From a virus, in the IMG/VR virus record IMGVR_UViG_3300030419_006105, positions 1-64,000 of that record: DNA of 64,000 bases; one strand, written 5' to 3'. A program made the translations under genes and the position numbers. The notes beneath the pieces are model-generated. The model was given only the letters and a program-made list of their open reading frames with translations. It ran no database searches and was not told where the DNA came from. Each line of letters starts with the position of its first letter. Position 1 is the first letter of the stretch. Shown here one piece after another: positions 28,406 to 38,760 of the stretch.

Positions 28406-29079
28406 TATAAATACCCCTCAGCAATATCAAAATCTAACTGTGTATCTAAATCAATATACTCCATTCTATCCCTTATTATATAAAAGTATGGAGTAGCACC
28501 TATCCTACATCTAAACCTATCATAGGCCCTTTTAGATATACCATACAGCCCTGTTGTCTCTTTAATTACTGGCGGAGCATCTTGAGATCTAGGTAAGATA
28601 TTAGGTTGATAATTAACAGGCTGATCTTTATGCCAAAACCACCCAAATTCTTCTGTAGCTGTAAGTATAGAATCATGCTTTGAACTATGAGTTAACTTAT
28701 CTACACACTCTCTAATAGTCTCTGGTTTTAAAAATGGTGCTGTAGCATATAATTGAAAGTAAAAATCATAATGCCCTATAAAATCTATATCATAATGAAA
28801 AACATCATTACCGTTGGCAGTATCTAATGTTAGTTCAGGTTTACGTTTAATGCATATAATCTGATTTTCAGTACAATAACTATTAATCTCAGCACTATCA
28901 GTATCTACATATATATCATCAAAGCATTCTGCTTGAATACAATGATCTATAATATATTGATATAAAGGTTTATCTCCTAAGAGTCGGAAATTCTTATTTT
29001 TAACTCTTGTCGAATTACTCTTTATTGGAATTGTTGCACAGACTTTCATAATATGTCTTTTAACTCTGTAGAAGAACAC
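28405..29079 (-). CDS. Acylneuraminate/KDO-type cytidylyltransferase (NeuA-like); probable start at the second Met (MKVCA)
   Basis: IPIKSNSTRVKNKN, VDTDS, TAPF, PRSQD, IDLDT..DF. Confidence 0.88.
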   Translation of the reverse strand: MFFYRVKRHIMKVCATIPIKSNSTRVKNKNFRLLGDKPLYQYIIDHCIQAECFDDIYVDTDSAEINSYCTENQIICIKRKPELTLDTANGNDVFHYDIDFIGHYDFYFQLYATAPFLKPETIRECVDKLTHSSKHDSILTATEEFGWFWHKDQPVNYQPNILPRSQDAPPVIKETTGLYGISKRAYDRFRCRIGATPYFYIIRDRMEYIDLDTQLDFDIAEGYL

Positions 29080-29480
29080 GATTTAGGTAAATCAATGAGC
29101 TTAATATCTATATTATGCTCTTTACATAAAGCTAATTCTACTGGATCCCACGACTCTAATGTAACATCTCCGCTGTTAAAAAATGTTAATTTATTTTGTT
29201 TATATTTTTCACGTATATTTAAAAGAGTTTCAGCAGAACGATATTCAAAATCTACAGCTAACATAACCTCATCAACAGCTTTTATGTTTTGAAGTATTAT
29301 CATTCTATGCTCTTCATCCATAAACAATTTCGACCCCTTAACTTGAACTTGTTTGTCGTTATTAACAATACAAACTAAATAATCACATAATTCTTTTGAT
29401 GAATTAATATAATCTAAATGACCTTTATGTATAGGGTTAAAAAATCCCGATACAATACCAATATGCATATTATCATTCAT
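29046..29480 (-). CDS. Cytidylyltransferase-like protein (TagD/RfaE domain II)
   Basis: SGFFNPIHKGH HIGH motif, VNND.Q...KG, SSTEL. Confidence 0.85.
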   Translation of the reverse strand: MNDNMHIGIVSGFFNPIHKGHLDYINSSKELCDYLVCIVNNDKQVQVKGSKLFMDEEHRMIILQNIKAVDEVMLAVDFEYRSAETLLNIREKYKQNKLTFFNSGDVTLESWDPVELALCKEHNIDIKLIDLPKSCSSTELKDIL

Positions 29481-30430
29481 GATAATACTGTTTGACTCCC
29501 TTCTTTATCAAATTCAAAATTCAACACCCTATCTTTATAAATATGATTTATCTTGTTAATCACTTTAGGTGGTCCTACTACACAGATAAAACCACAACCA
29601 CCACTACCAAGTAACTTAGCTCCATATGCTCCATTATCTAATACATTACTAATAATAGTATCTACTTCACCGGTAGATATTAAATCAGATATTTTTCTTT
29701 TTTCTTCCCAAGAATTTTTTATTAACTTTCCAATACCTTGTACATCTTCATTAGAAAAACATTTTAAGCCTTCTTTTGCGATATCTAATAAACCTGTCTT
29801 ATCAATATTCTCATGAGACTTTGCTATCTCACTTGTATCTCTTTGAATATTAGTATATATTAAAGTTAAAGATTGCTTAAATTCAGAAATAAATTCTTTA
29901 CTTATAGGTAATGGTTTAACTAAAAAGTTTCCATCAGGTTTAATAACAATACTATTAAGACCACCGTAACCAGCCCATATTTGATCTTGTATTCCACCAC
30001 TATCTTTTAATACATTTCTTTCAATATCTATAGCTTGATTAATAATAGTGTTTATATCAACCGATTTATTTAAAAGTTTATATATACTATGTATTAAAGA
30101 TACACAAAATGATGAAGAACCGCCTAAACCAGTCCTCGAGGGAATATCATTAAATGTTATTAAGTCTATATGTTGAAAAATATTAAAATATTTTAATGTC
30201 TCTCTAATTAATGGATTGTTAATGTGTTCTACATCATCGACAATATCATAATTACTATAAGCTACATAAGTCCGACGATCTAAAAATCTAGGACGATATC
30301 GTAAACCTGTAAAAGCATATTTGTTAATAGTCGTTCCTATTAACAATGAACCATGTTTACTATAAAAATCTTTATAGTCGGTCGATCCACCGAAAAACGA
30401 AATTCTTAATGGTGATCTTGAAATAAACAT
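29477..30430 (-). CDS. hddA: GHMP sugar kinase, HddA-like (D-glycero-D-manno-heptose 7-phosphate kinase family)
   Basis: PLRISFFGGSTD, GLGGSS, GIQDQ, GAKLLGSGGCGF. Confidence 0.85.
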   Translation of the reverse strand: MFISRSPLRISFFGGSTDYKDFYSKHGSLLIGTTINKYAFTGLRYRPRFLDRRTYVAYSNYDIVDDVEHINNPLIRETLKYFNIFQHIDLITFNDIPSRTGLGGSSSFCVSLIHSIYKLLNKSVDINTIINQAIDIERNVLKDSGGIQDQIWAGYGGLNSIVIKPDGNFLVKPLPISKEFISEFKQSLTLIYTNIQRDTSEIAKSHENIDKTGLLDIAKEGLKCFSNEDVQGIGKLIKNSWEEKRKISDLISTGEVDTIISNVLDNGAYGAKLLGSGGCGFICVVGPPKVINKINHIYKDRVLNFEFDKEGSQTVLS

Positions 30431-31389
30431 TAATAATTTTTAATCACATCATCATATATATTCTTAGGTAAAAAATTATAAAAATTATCCATCTCTTTTA
30501 TTCCTGTAACTAAGTCAATATCTGGTTTATATCCTGTTTTATATAACTTATTACTACTAACTTCATAATCTCTTTTATCAGGATCAGTTTTATTTTCGTT
30601 AATTATATACTCTGTATCGAGTGTTGTAGATATTGTTTCTGCTAATTGCTTTTTTGTACAATTAATTTCATCATTACCTAAATTATAAACATTACCTGTT
30701 AAATTTTTACCACCTCTCCACCACTGAAATATACCATGATAAAAGGCTTTACAAATATCCTTAACGTGTATATAATTACGACGAAAATGGGCGTCAAAAA
30801 TTTCTATTTTTCTCTCTGTTTTCGCTCTATAAGTAAGATTATTAATAAGTAAATCTAACCTTGGCCGTGGTGACCATCCAAATACAGTAGCCAACCTAAA
30901 CACTATAGTATTATTATGTGATTCTAATAGTACATTCTCTGTGTTCTGTTTATCTATACCGTATAAAGAAATAGGATTTGACGGTGTTTCTTCAGTACAT
31001 ATATCACTACCAGTACTTCCATAACCAGAATTAGTGTTAGGGTATATAATTAATGCATTTGAATTTACTCTTTTAACAAATTTAGTAAACCAATTATAAT
31101 TAACATCAGTAGATACAGTTGGCATTTTATCACAAGCTGGTGCACCCACAATAGCTGCTAATGGAATAATAACATCAGCAGTTTTTATATCTTCATTTAA
31201 ACGAGCTGACCAATGTAAAACATCTTCTTTATTAAAAACTGTATCACGAAAACTATTGTAAACTAAAGGTCCTTGATCATACATGAGATTATCATAACAG
31301 TGTATATCTGCTGCTGTAAATTTTTCTCTTAAATAAGGTACAAGCGTAGAACCAATATAGCCTGCTGCTCCAGTAATTAATATTTTCAT
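30430..31389 (-). CDS. NAD-dependent nucleotide-sugar epimerase/dehydratase
   Basis: ITGAAGYIG, LAAIVGAPAC, YGIDK (YxxxK), RLATVFG. Confidence 0.9.
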   Translation of the reverse strand: MKILITGAAGYIGSTLVPYLREKFTAADIHCYDNLMYDQGPLVYNSFRDTVFNKEDVLHWSARLNEDIKTADVIIPLAAIVGAPACDKMPTVSTDVNYNWFTKFVKRVNSNALIIYPNTNSGYGSTGSDICTEETPSNPISLYGIDKQNTENVLLESHNNTIVFRLATVFGWSPRPRLDLLINNLTYRAKTERKIEIFDAHFRRNYIHVKDICKAFYHGIFQWWRGGKNLTGNVYNLGNDEINCTKKQLAETISTTLDTEYIINENKTDPDKRDYEVSSNKLYKTGYKPDIDLVTGIKEMDNFYNFLPKNIYDDVIKNY

Positions 31390-32561
31390 GCGTTATTTAA
31401 TAAATCTAATAATTTGTCAATTTTACTTGATTGTAATGACGGGTAATTACCTATATACCAACTATATTTGTGTATATGTTCAACTACCGGAAATTCTGTT
31501 AAGTCAAAATTATAATTATCTTGTATATATGGCTGTCTTAACTGATTTCCACCACCTGAAAGTCCTCGTCTAAATTCAATCTTATTATCAATTAAGATCT
31601 TTTCTACATTATCACGTGTTTCATTAGTAGGATTATCATCAGGATTTAAAATAACGATAAATGCATAATTACTATTACCTTCTGTATCAAATTTAGTATA
31701 ATATTTATTCGGATTTAAACGCTTAATAAAATAATTAAAATTATTTGTACGCTTTTGTACATTCTCACTTAATCTCTTGATTTGATTTAAACCTAACACG
31801 GCATTAATCTCTGTTGAACGTATATTAAAAGCAGGATTAACAAAAAAGAAATCTGGATTTACAGTTGGATATCTTTTGTGATAATTTTTAACTATATTTT
31901 CATTAGTACATTCTCTTAACATTCCATGAGATCTAAATATCCTACAATGCTCATACAGCTCTTCATTATTAGTAGACACCATTCCACCTTCAATAGTAGT
32001 CATATGATGCGCAAAGAAGAAAGAAAAATTACTAGCGTCTCCAAACGTACCTACTAACTGACCATTATGTGTCGTACCATGAGATTCACACACATCTTCA
32101 ATTAATAATATATTTTTTTCCTTACATATATTAATAATATTATCAGTTAATCCATTTAAACCTAAAATATGAGTCAGTAATATAGCTTTAGTATTATCAT
32201 TAATTTTCTGTAGTAATAATTCCTCGTTTAAAGCAAGGTTATGATAATTAATATCAACAAAAACTGGAGTAAACCCATTTTGAATAACACTAGATACATC
32301 ACTAATCCAGTTTAACGGAGATAATATCACTTCTCCTCCACCATATAAATGCTTAATAGCTAACATGGTCACTTGATTAGCACTATGTCCTGAATTAACA
32401 AACACACTTTTTTTAGTACCTAACCAATCAGACCAAGCTTTTTCAAATTCTACAACTTTAGGACCATTAGTAAGCTTGGGTATTTTCTTCTGAGAAAGGA
32501 AAGATATTATTGCATCAACATCTTCACGGACAATATTATCTTCCATTAATGGTATATACAT
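31386..32561 (-). CDS. DegT/DnrJ-fold PLP enzyme, ColD/E1-type sugar 3-dehydratase
   Basis: FVNSG.SAN, EDVCESHG, SFFFAHHMTTIEGG with His in place of the usual Schiff-base Lys. Confidence 0.8.
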   Translation of the reverse strand: MYIPLMEDNIVREDVDAIISFLSQKKIPKLTNGPKVVEFEKAWSDWLGTKKSVFVNSGHSANQVTMLAIKHLYGGGEVILSPLNWISDVSSVIQNGFTPVFVDINYHNLALNEELLLQKINDNTKAILLTHILGLNGLTDNIINICKEKNILLIEDVCESHGTTHNGQLVGTFGDASNFSFFFAHHMTTIEGGMVSTNNEELYEHCRIFRSHGMLRECTNENIVKNYHKRYPTVNPDFFFVNPAFNIRSTEINAVLGLNQIKRLSENVQKRTNNFNYFIKRLNPNKYYTKFDTEGNSNYAFIVILNPDDNPTNETRDNVEKILIDNKIEFRRGLSGGGNQLRQPYIQDNYNFDLTEFPVVEHIHKYSWYIGNYPSLQSSKIDKLLDLLNNA

Positions 32562-32565
32562 AAAA

Positions 32566-33075
32566 CTATTTAAAAGTTAATAATCGAGTAGCAAGTTTAG
32601 CTGAAATATTTTCTCCTCTAATTCTAAAAACTCTATTATGGTTATGAGGTCTATTAGTGATATTGAGAATTTGATATGCGGCATCTTCAGGTGTTATTAA
32701 CTCTAAAGAACCATATGGGACTGAATTTCCTGATTTTAAATCTGTACAAATACCAGAACCTAACAGTATAGGTAAACGTACAATTTTACATCTACAACTA
32801 TTTGTTAATAAATATGCTTCTGCAAGTTGTTTATAGTACGTATAAGGATTATTTTGTTCACTATACGTAGAAATAAAAACTATTTCATATGCAATATGTT
32901 TCTCAACAAATTCAACAAATTTATCATAACACTTTGCCTGAGTTTCTCTATCTTTATCTAAAAAATTCCATGTATGATAAATATATACCTTTTCACTAGT
33001 ATTGGATTTTAAATTTAATTCCCTAAGAGCGTCTCCTAGCTGTCCACGACCATTACATAAAACTATATCTGCCAT
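32566..33075 (-). CDS. Short Rossmann-fold sugar reductase-like protein (RmlD-like fragment)
   Basis: GRGQLG, FIST, Y..YK..AE. Confidence 0.6.
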   Translation of the reverse strand: MADIVLCNGRGQLGDALRELNLKSNTSEKVYIYHTWNFLDKDRETQAKCYDKFVEFVEKHIAYEIVFISTYSEQNNPYTYYKQLAEAYLLTNSCRCKIVRLPILLGSGICTDLKSGNSVPYGSLELITPEDAAYQILNITNRPHNHNRVFRIRGENISAKLATRLLTFK

Positions 33076-34280
33076 TATACAAATTCTGGATGAGTAATAC
33101 TATTTCGAACCTCTTCACCTAATGCTAATAAATCTTGTTCATTAATATTGTCTACATTTTCATGTAGATACCACATCATTTTATTACTTTCATGAGGTTT
33201 ACATAATTTAGTACAGTTCTTAAAACACTCTACATTGTCAATAGTATTCATTATAGATTTTCTAGTAGGTAAATCATTCCAAATCTCTTTGAAACTCTTT
33301 TCATGTAAACTTCCATAACTATATTGTTTATATCCTCTATGATTTGGACACACATAAACATGACCATCAGCTCCAATACATGGAGACAATTGAGAACCTA
33401 AACACTTTTTATATGTACGACCATATAGAGAAGGATCTTTTTCTAAATCAGTTATTTTATAACCGTTTATTTGAAATTTTTTCCCTAAAATACTCTTTGC
33501 CTCCATAAGTTTAGGCTGTACTTCTTTGTTCCAAAATTCAACATCACGCTGTACACCATCTTCTCGTTCACGGTTTACAACTTCTGGTTTATATTGACAA
33601 TAATTAATATCAAAATCTTTAAAATTATTCGCAAAATCAACAATCTCTGTATATGTATCTGGAGTAATAACAAACCCAACACCTATATCTATTTTTTTAC
33701 CTTTATTATTATTGACTTCAATTAATTTAGAAAGATTAGAAGTCATTTTATCCCATCCTTGATTCTTACGAGCTCGACGAATACTATTATAGGTTTCTTT
33801 CGTACCAGCGTCAACAGAAAATCTAACCCATGTCATATTATCTACTATAGTATCAAATAAATCCCATTTATCTAAAAGAGTACCGTTAGTAAACATACCC
33901 ATTTTGATATTATTCTCTCCTAAGTATGTAATTGCTTTACCTAAGTGAGGATTAATAGTAGGTTCTCCACCACCAGTCCAATTAACAGCACGAACACCCA
34001 TATCAACAAAATCTTTACACGCGTTTAATAAAATATTCTCAGGCATAACTGATTTGTTATACGTTTCTAAATTTTTTGATTCTGGTAAATGTATATAAGA
34101 AGAAATACAAAAGTAACAACCATGATTACATGTGTTACTAGGATCTAATTCTATTAATACAGGAGCAGTATTACCTGTCTTAATAAATTGTAAAGCTCTA
34201 TCTGCATTGGCTACAATCTTAGCTTGAGGATTAAAAATTTTAGTACCTCTAGTAAGTGCATTTTTTATCTCTGTAACCAT
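33075..34280 (-). CDS. Radical SAM/SPASM protein
   Basis: CNHGCYFC, TGGGEP, TNG; C-terminal C..ADG.VY.C...C..C..C. Confidence 0.9.
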   Translation of the reverse strand: MVTEIKNALTRGTKIFNPQAKIVANADRALQFIKTGNTAPVLIELDPSNTCNHGCYFCISSYIHLPESKNLETYNKSVMPENILLNACKDFVDMGVRAVNWTGGGEPTINPHLGKAITYLGENNIKMGMFTNGTLLDKWDLFDTIVDNMTWVRFSVDAGTKETYNSIRRARKNQGWDKMTSNLSKLIEVNNNKGKKIDIGVGFVITPDTYTEIVDFANNFKDFDINYCQYKPEVVNREREDGVQRDVEFWNKEVQPKLMEAKSILGKKFQINGYKITDLEKDPSLYGRTYKKCLGSQLSPCIGADGHVYVCPNHRGYKQYSYGSLHEKSFKEIWNDLPTRKSIMNTIDNVECFKNCTKLCKPHESNKMMWYLHENVDNINEQDLLALGEEVRNSITHPEFV

Positions 34281-35227
34281 TTTAAAAAATATAGCGTTGG
34301 ATCTTCAAAATATGTACGTAATACATTATCAAAATATTTACGTGCTAAAATCGCTCGCTCTTTTAATTCATTAATATCTGTTTTATAGATTTCTAATAGA
34401 CTATTATATAAAAAGGTCTCTCCTAATCCAGGTTGTCCAATTTGGAGATCACAAATTCTATAGAAAAAACTAGTATCATAATGATCATCTCCAACAATAT
34501 AAAAATCATGATCGGATACAAGAACAGGTACTCTAGTAAAATAACAACTCTCAAATAATCTAGTACTATCTATACCAGAACCACGAGGGCAAAGAGATAT
34601 AATATTATTTTGCATAGTACTTCTATATTGTTTTTGAATATCTGAATTTGACTCTGAAGGTCCTTCCCATTTGTTATTAATATGTAACTCGCTTTTTATA
34701 TCTTTAAACTGGTTTAAAGTATTAGCTAATACAACTCTAACTTTATGATTAATAAAACCTCTAAAACCCATACTTACATCAGTAGGAAAAGAAAATTCTT
34801 CAGTCTGATCTTTTAGATCTACTAACATATGTGAAAAAGTAGGTCTAATAAACATCTTTTTTATATTAGAATATCGCTTTAATGGGCCATTTATAGTTAA
34901 AATACTATTATGAAGCCATTGAGGGATAGGCTCACCACCTGCACCATGCTCTTGACCACCTTCCCCTTCATAATCCCATATATGTCGTTCTTCATTTCCA
35001 TCAAAATATGGAAATTTATTTTTATCATATAAAGTAATAGAATTTTTACTAATAGAATCATTAGTAATTTGACCCATGTAAAAATAATCTGCCTTTTCTG
35101 GTGGTACTATATTGCAATAGTCGGTAATACCTTTATTACTTAATGGTACAGTGTTAATATAATATGGATCAGAATCGTGTACATGAGGTTGCGCATGCGG
35201 GTATATATATAAATTAATTTTATTCAT
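34265..35227 (-). CDS. Exostosin-like (GT47) glycosyltransferase
   Basis: F.G...R, LCPRG.G..S.RLFES...RVPVL. Confidence 0.75.
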   Translation of the reverse strand: MNKINLYIYPHAQPHVHDSDPYYINTVPLSNKGITDYCNIVPPEKADYFYMGQITNDSISKNSITLYDKNKFPYFDGNEERHIWDYEGEGGQEHGAGGEPIPQWLHNSILTINGPLKRYSNIKKMFIRPTFSHMLVDLKDQTEEFSFPTDVSMGFRGFINHKVRVVLANTLNQFKDIKSELHINNKWEGPSESNSDIQKQYRSTMQNNIISLCPRGSGIDSTRLFESCYFTRVPVLVSDHDFYIVGDDHYDTSFFYRICDLQIGQPGLGETFLYNSLLEIYKTDINELKERAILARKYFDNVLRTYFEDPTLYFLKWLQR

Positions 35228-35912
35228 CTAATACCTTACGAAGTTTTTCTACTAGAAGATCTCTTTTATCTTTATTATCAGTAAATGCCTGATAAGAATG
35301 TCTATTCATATTAGCAGAACCTTCAACATAAGTATTATCTCTATCTCCCTTACCTACTAACCAATGCATGTGCTCTACAACAACATCAGGCTCAGGATAA
35401 TATCTATCAATTTTCTTAAAAATATATGTTAACCATTCATCACCATAATTACAATCAATTTCAGGTGGTAAATAATGACCAAATACATCTAAAGCCTTTC
35501 TACTTATAACAGGATGTGTGGCAAGTTTTGCAGGATCTTGATATAAATCATTAAGAGAAAATAAACATACTTTATCCTTTACAAACTTAAAATTATGTTC
35601 TAGTAAAACGTCCCAATTTTTAGTTCTAAATAGAATATCATCAGCTCCTCCCATAATTAAATCTCCAGAACTTATTTTAAAAAGTTCATTACATGCTTCT
35701 CCTAAAGACACTCTAGGTCCAACAATATGTTTTATAGGTATTGTAAATTTATCTTTATTATTATCGACAAATTTAATACTTTGTACATCATCTTCATCAA
35801 TATAAAGTAACACTTCTACATTATTAGACTCAGATGTCATATGATGTAAACTCTCATACATAGCTTTGAGTTTTTTAGCTCGTTTACGTGTAGGTATAAG
35901 TATACTAATCAT
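35220..35912 (-). CDS. GT2-like glycosyltransferase (third PTR-type paralog)
   Basis: ILIPTRKR, YIDEDD, GADD, THPVISR. Confidence 0.8.
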   Translation of the reverse strand: MISILIPTRKRAKKLKAMYESLHHMTSESNNVEVLLYIDEDDVQSIKFVDNNKDKFTIPIKHIVGPRVSLGEACNELFKISSGDLIMGGADDILFRTKNWDVLLEHNFKFVKDKVCLFSLNDLYQDPAKLATHPVISRKALDVFGHYLPPEIDCNYGDEWLTYIFKKIDRYYPEPDVVVEHMHWLVGKGDRDNTYVEGSANMNRHSYQAFTDNKDKRDLLVEKLRKVLDE

Positions 35913-36877
35913 AATTTAGTTTCTACTCTCATCTTATCATAATCTAATTCTTTTTTATTAAGAAAGAAATATTTGTTTATTAATGTTTTCATTCCCTCAG
36001 GATCTAATGGCATATCATTTTCATCATATGCTTCTCGATTATGTGATGATATATTATTACATTCTTCATAACCAATACCAGATTTAATAAAATCCACATT
36101 TGTAATAAAATCTAAAGCATTTCTATTATGTAATAAATTATTCCATGTTGTACCATGTTGAGGAGAAACATGTTGAAAACCAGTTGAAGGACCTTCAATA
36201 GCTTTTAAGTGTTCTATTTGTTGATCTTTCATGACATACCATTTAGTATTAACTGCGGCCGCTAAATATCTAAATGTTGATTCTGTACAATGAGCTCTAA
36301 ATACATCAGGTATAAGTTTATTATTATAAGCTTCATACATTTCATTACTAAACATAGTAACATGACAATTGAGAGCATGACCTAGTGGTACATATAAATC
36401 ATCTCCTACCACTTGTACATCTGGACTTTGGTACTTATATTTTGGACTAATAGTTTGTAAAGCTTCATCTGAATCTGTTTGTAAACTTATAAGACTATTA
36501 TTATATTTTTTAAATGTATTATACGTATTTTTTAAAATAGTATTATCTAAAGTATTAGTAACTGGATTATAAAAACTACAACCCGAATCTACATACAAAT
36601 AAGACTCTGCAGGTCCTTTTTCTTTAACAAACTCTTGTATAGCTTTGTTAAACGTTGTATTTACAGTATATATTTCGTGATGATAAACGTATGATATTTT
36701 ATCTTTGTATCGCTTATATAAATTATTAAATAATGTAGGATCGCTTTTACAAGCAGAAAGTAATACTCGATAATCTTCAAAATCTTGATCTAAAAAACTA
36801 TTAATACATTTAATATAATGATCTAACGGTGGTGTATTACCTAAACCACATATATTATAAACTAAAAGATTTTTCAT
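35909..36877 (-). CDS. GT-A-like hypothetical protein
   Basis: CINSFLDQDF, TFNKA, YVDSG; glycan-island context. Confidence 0.5.
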   Translation of the reverse strand: MKNLLVYNICGLGNTPPLDHYIKCINSFLDQDFEDYRVLLSACKSDPTLFNNLYKRYKDKISYVYHHEIYTVNTTFNKAIQEFVKEKGPAESYLYVDSGCSFYNPVTNTLDNTILKNTYNTFKKYNNSLISLQTDSDEALQTISPKYKYQSPDVQVVGDDLYVPLGHALNCHVTMFSNEMYEAYNNKLIPDVFRAHCTESTFRYLAAAVNTKWYVMKDQQIEHLKAIEGPSTGFQHVSPQHGTTWNNLLHNRNALDFITNVDFIKSGIGYEECNNISSHNREAYDENDMPLDPEGMKTLINKYFFLNKKELDYDKMRVETKL

Positions 36878-38757
36878 TTTACAATATCAGGGTAGGCTGG
36901 GTTATCCCAATCCTCTAAAGGCTCGATATACATATTTTCTAAAAACTCATCTCGATCAACATATGGATACATGTCTTCAATAGGTGTTTTCCATCCAAAA
37001 ATTCTTGGTTCATATGTATGATATTCATGACAGTTTACATCACATACAACAATACCATCATATTCTAAGACTTCTTTAATTTTATCCTCCATCTCATCAT
37101 GATTGTTGATAGTAACAGTTTTAATACCATACGCATCACAAATTTTCATAAAATCAGGAGGATTATAACCTGCAGGACCACATGCTTCGGCACGACCTTC
37201 AAAATTTGTTTCTTGAAACGCTTTTGTAATACCATAGATATGATTGTTAATAATGAACGTTTTAGCTTTTATGTTATAATTAACATAAGTTTGTAGCTCT
37301 TGTATGTTCATATTAAAACCACCATCACCAATAGTACATATAACCTGTCTATCTGGGTCAGCTAAATAACAACCCATAGCTGCTGCATGAGAAAAACCCA
37401 TTGGTGAGTTACCATTATTAGTTAAATTACGTTGTCCATATTTTGTTTCAAACGAATGATTACTAACAACAATATTACCACCACAATCACCTATCAATAC
37501 TGCATTACTATCTGCATATTTCGATAGAGTTCGCATAAAAGCATACGGATGTACATTTTCTTTTTGATCGAAAAATTCTGGTTTAACTGGATCGTATTTT
37601 ATTTTCCAATCCATTGCGCGTTTAGTCCATTTTTCAAACTTATTCGGTAAATCTGTTGCAGTAACATCTAATGTACCATCAGGATTTAACCACCCACCAC
37701 TAGCAGTCGGTGATGTAATTAGTTTATAACGTTTAATTAAACGCTGTATAAACACTTTAGCATCACAATATACATTTACATCAAAAGGTACTTGTTGTAA
37801 CTTTGGCTGTAATAATGCTTTATCTACATCTACTACATACTTTTTAGCTCCTCGTGCAAATGAATGAATATTACCACCTGTAATTCTACCAGATATTCTA
37901 CTTCCAATAGCTAATAATAAATCAGAATTTTGTATAGCAAAATTTCTTCCTGCTCCACCATATGTACCAATTCTACCACCATAGAATTCATAATCAGATG
38001 TAACAGCATCTAAAGCATTCCATGTTGGAAAGCATGGTATTTTTAATAAGTTACCTAATTCTCTAAAATCATCTACTGCATCAGATAATCTAACACCACC
38101 ACCTATCATTAAAACAGGTCGTTCACTACGTACTAAATCATACAAAAAATCATCAATTTTATCGTCTATATCCTTATAATCATAAGTAGGTAATTCTGTT
38201 TTAACATCAAAACCTAATAGTTCATTAGGATCAATCATAGTCTTTTGTATGTTTAATGGAATATCTAGTAATATAGGGCCAGGTCTACCTTCCTGACATA
38301 AATGATAAGCTTTTTCTAATTCATACTTAACATTATTAGCATCATCAATCATAACAGCATATTTTGTAACAGGTTCTGCCATGCTAACAATATCTGTCTC
38401 TTGAAAACCTACCTGTCTTATAGAAGGGTCAGGTCTTAAAAATTGAGAGTTAATTTGACCTGTAATAAAAATACAAGGAATTGAATCATAAAAACAATTC
38501 CCCATAGATGTAAGTAGATTCATACCACCAGGGCCGCTAGTCGCCATAGCGACACCTGGTCGTCCTGAAACTTTAGCATAACCTTCAGCGGCAAAACCAC
38601 CTCCTTGCTCATGCATTACTGCAACGTAATCAGTTTCATCGTTTCTAGTAAATGCATCAATTAGATCACCATTTGCAGCACCATATACTACAAACATTTT
38701 ATCTATTCCCTTGTCGGCGAGAAAGCCTATGACATAGTCAGCTAATTTTAACTTCAT
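36874..38757 (-). CDS. ThDP-dependent enzyme, acetolactate-synthase/YerE-like
   Basis: HEQ...FAAEGYA, TSGPG..N, ITGQ, GFQE, GDGGF.MNIQEL...NN ThDP motif. Confidence 0.9.
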   Translation of the reverse strand: MKLKLADYVIGFLADKGIDKMFVVYGAANGDLIDAFTRNDETDYVAVMHEQGGGFAAEGYAKVSGRPGVAMATSGPGGMNLLTSMGNCFYDSIPCIFITGQINSQFLRPDPSIRQVGFQETDIVSMAEPVTKYAVMIDDANNVKYELEKAYHLCQEGRPGPILLDIPLNIQKTMIDPNELLGFDVKTELPTYDYKDIDDKIDDFLYDLVRSERPVLMIGGGVRLSDAVDDFRELGNLLKIPCFPTWNALDAVTSDYEFYGGRIGTYGGAGRNFAIQNSDLLLAIGSRISGRITGGNIHSFARGAKKYVVDVDKALLQPKLQQVPFDVNVYCDAKVFIQRLIKRYKLITSPTASGGWLNPDGTLDVTATDLPNKFEKWTKRAMDWKIKYDPVKPEFFDQKENVHPYAFMRTLSKYADSNAVLIGDCGGNIVVSNHSFETKYGQRNLTNNGNSPMGFSHAAAMGCYLADPDRQVICTIGDGGFNMNIQELQTYVNYNIKAKTFIINNHIYGITKAFQETNFEGRAEACGPAGYNPPDFMKICDAYGIKTVTINNHDEMEDKIKEVLEYDGIVVCDVNCHEYHTYEPRIFGWKTPIEDMYPYVDRDEFLENMYIEPLEDWDNPAYPDIVK

Positions 38758-38760
38758 ATA

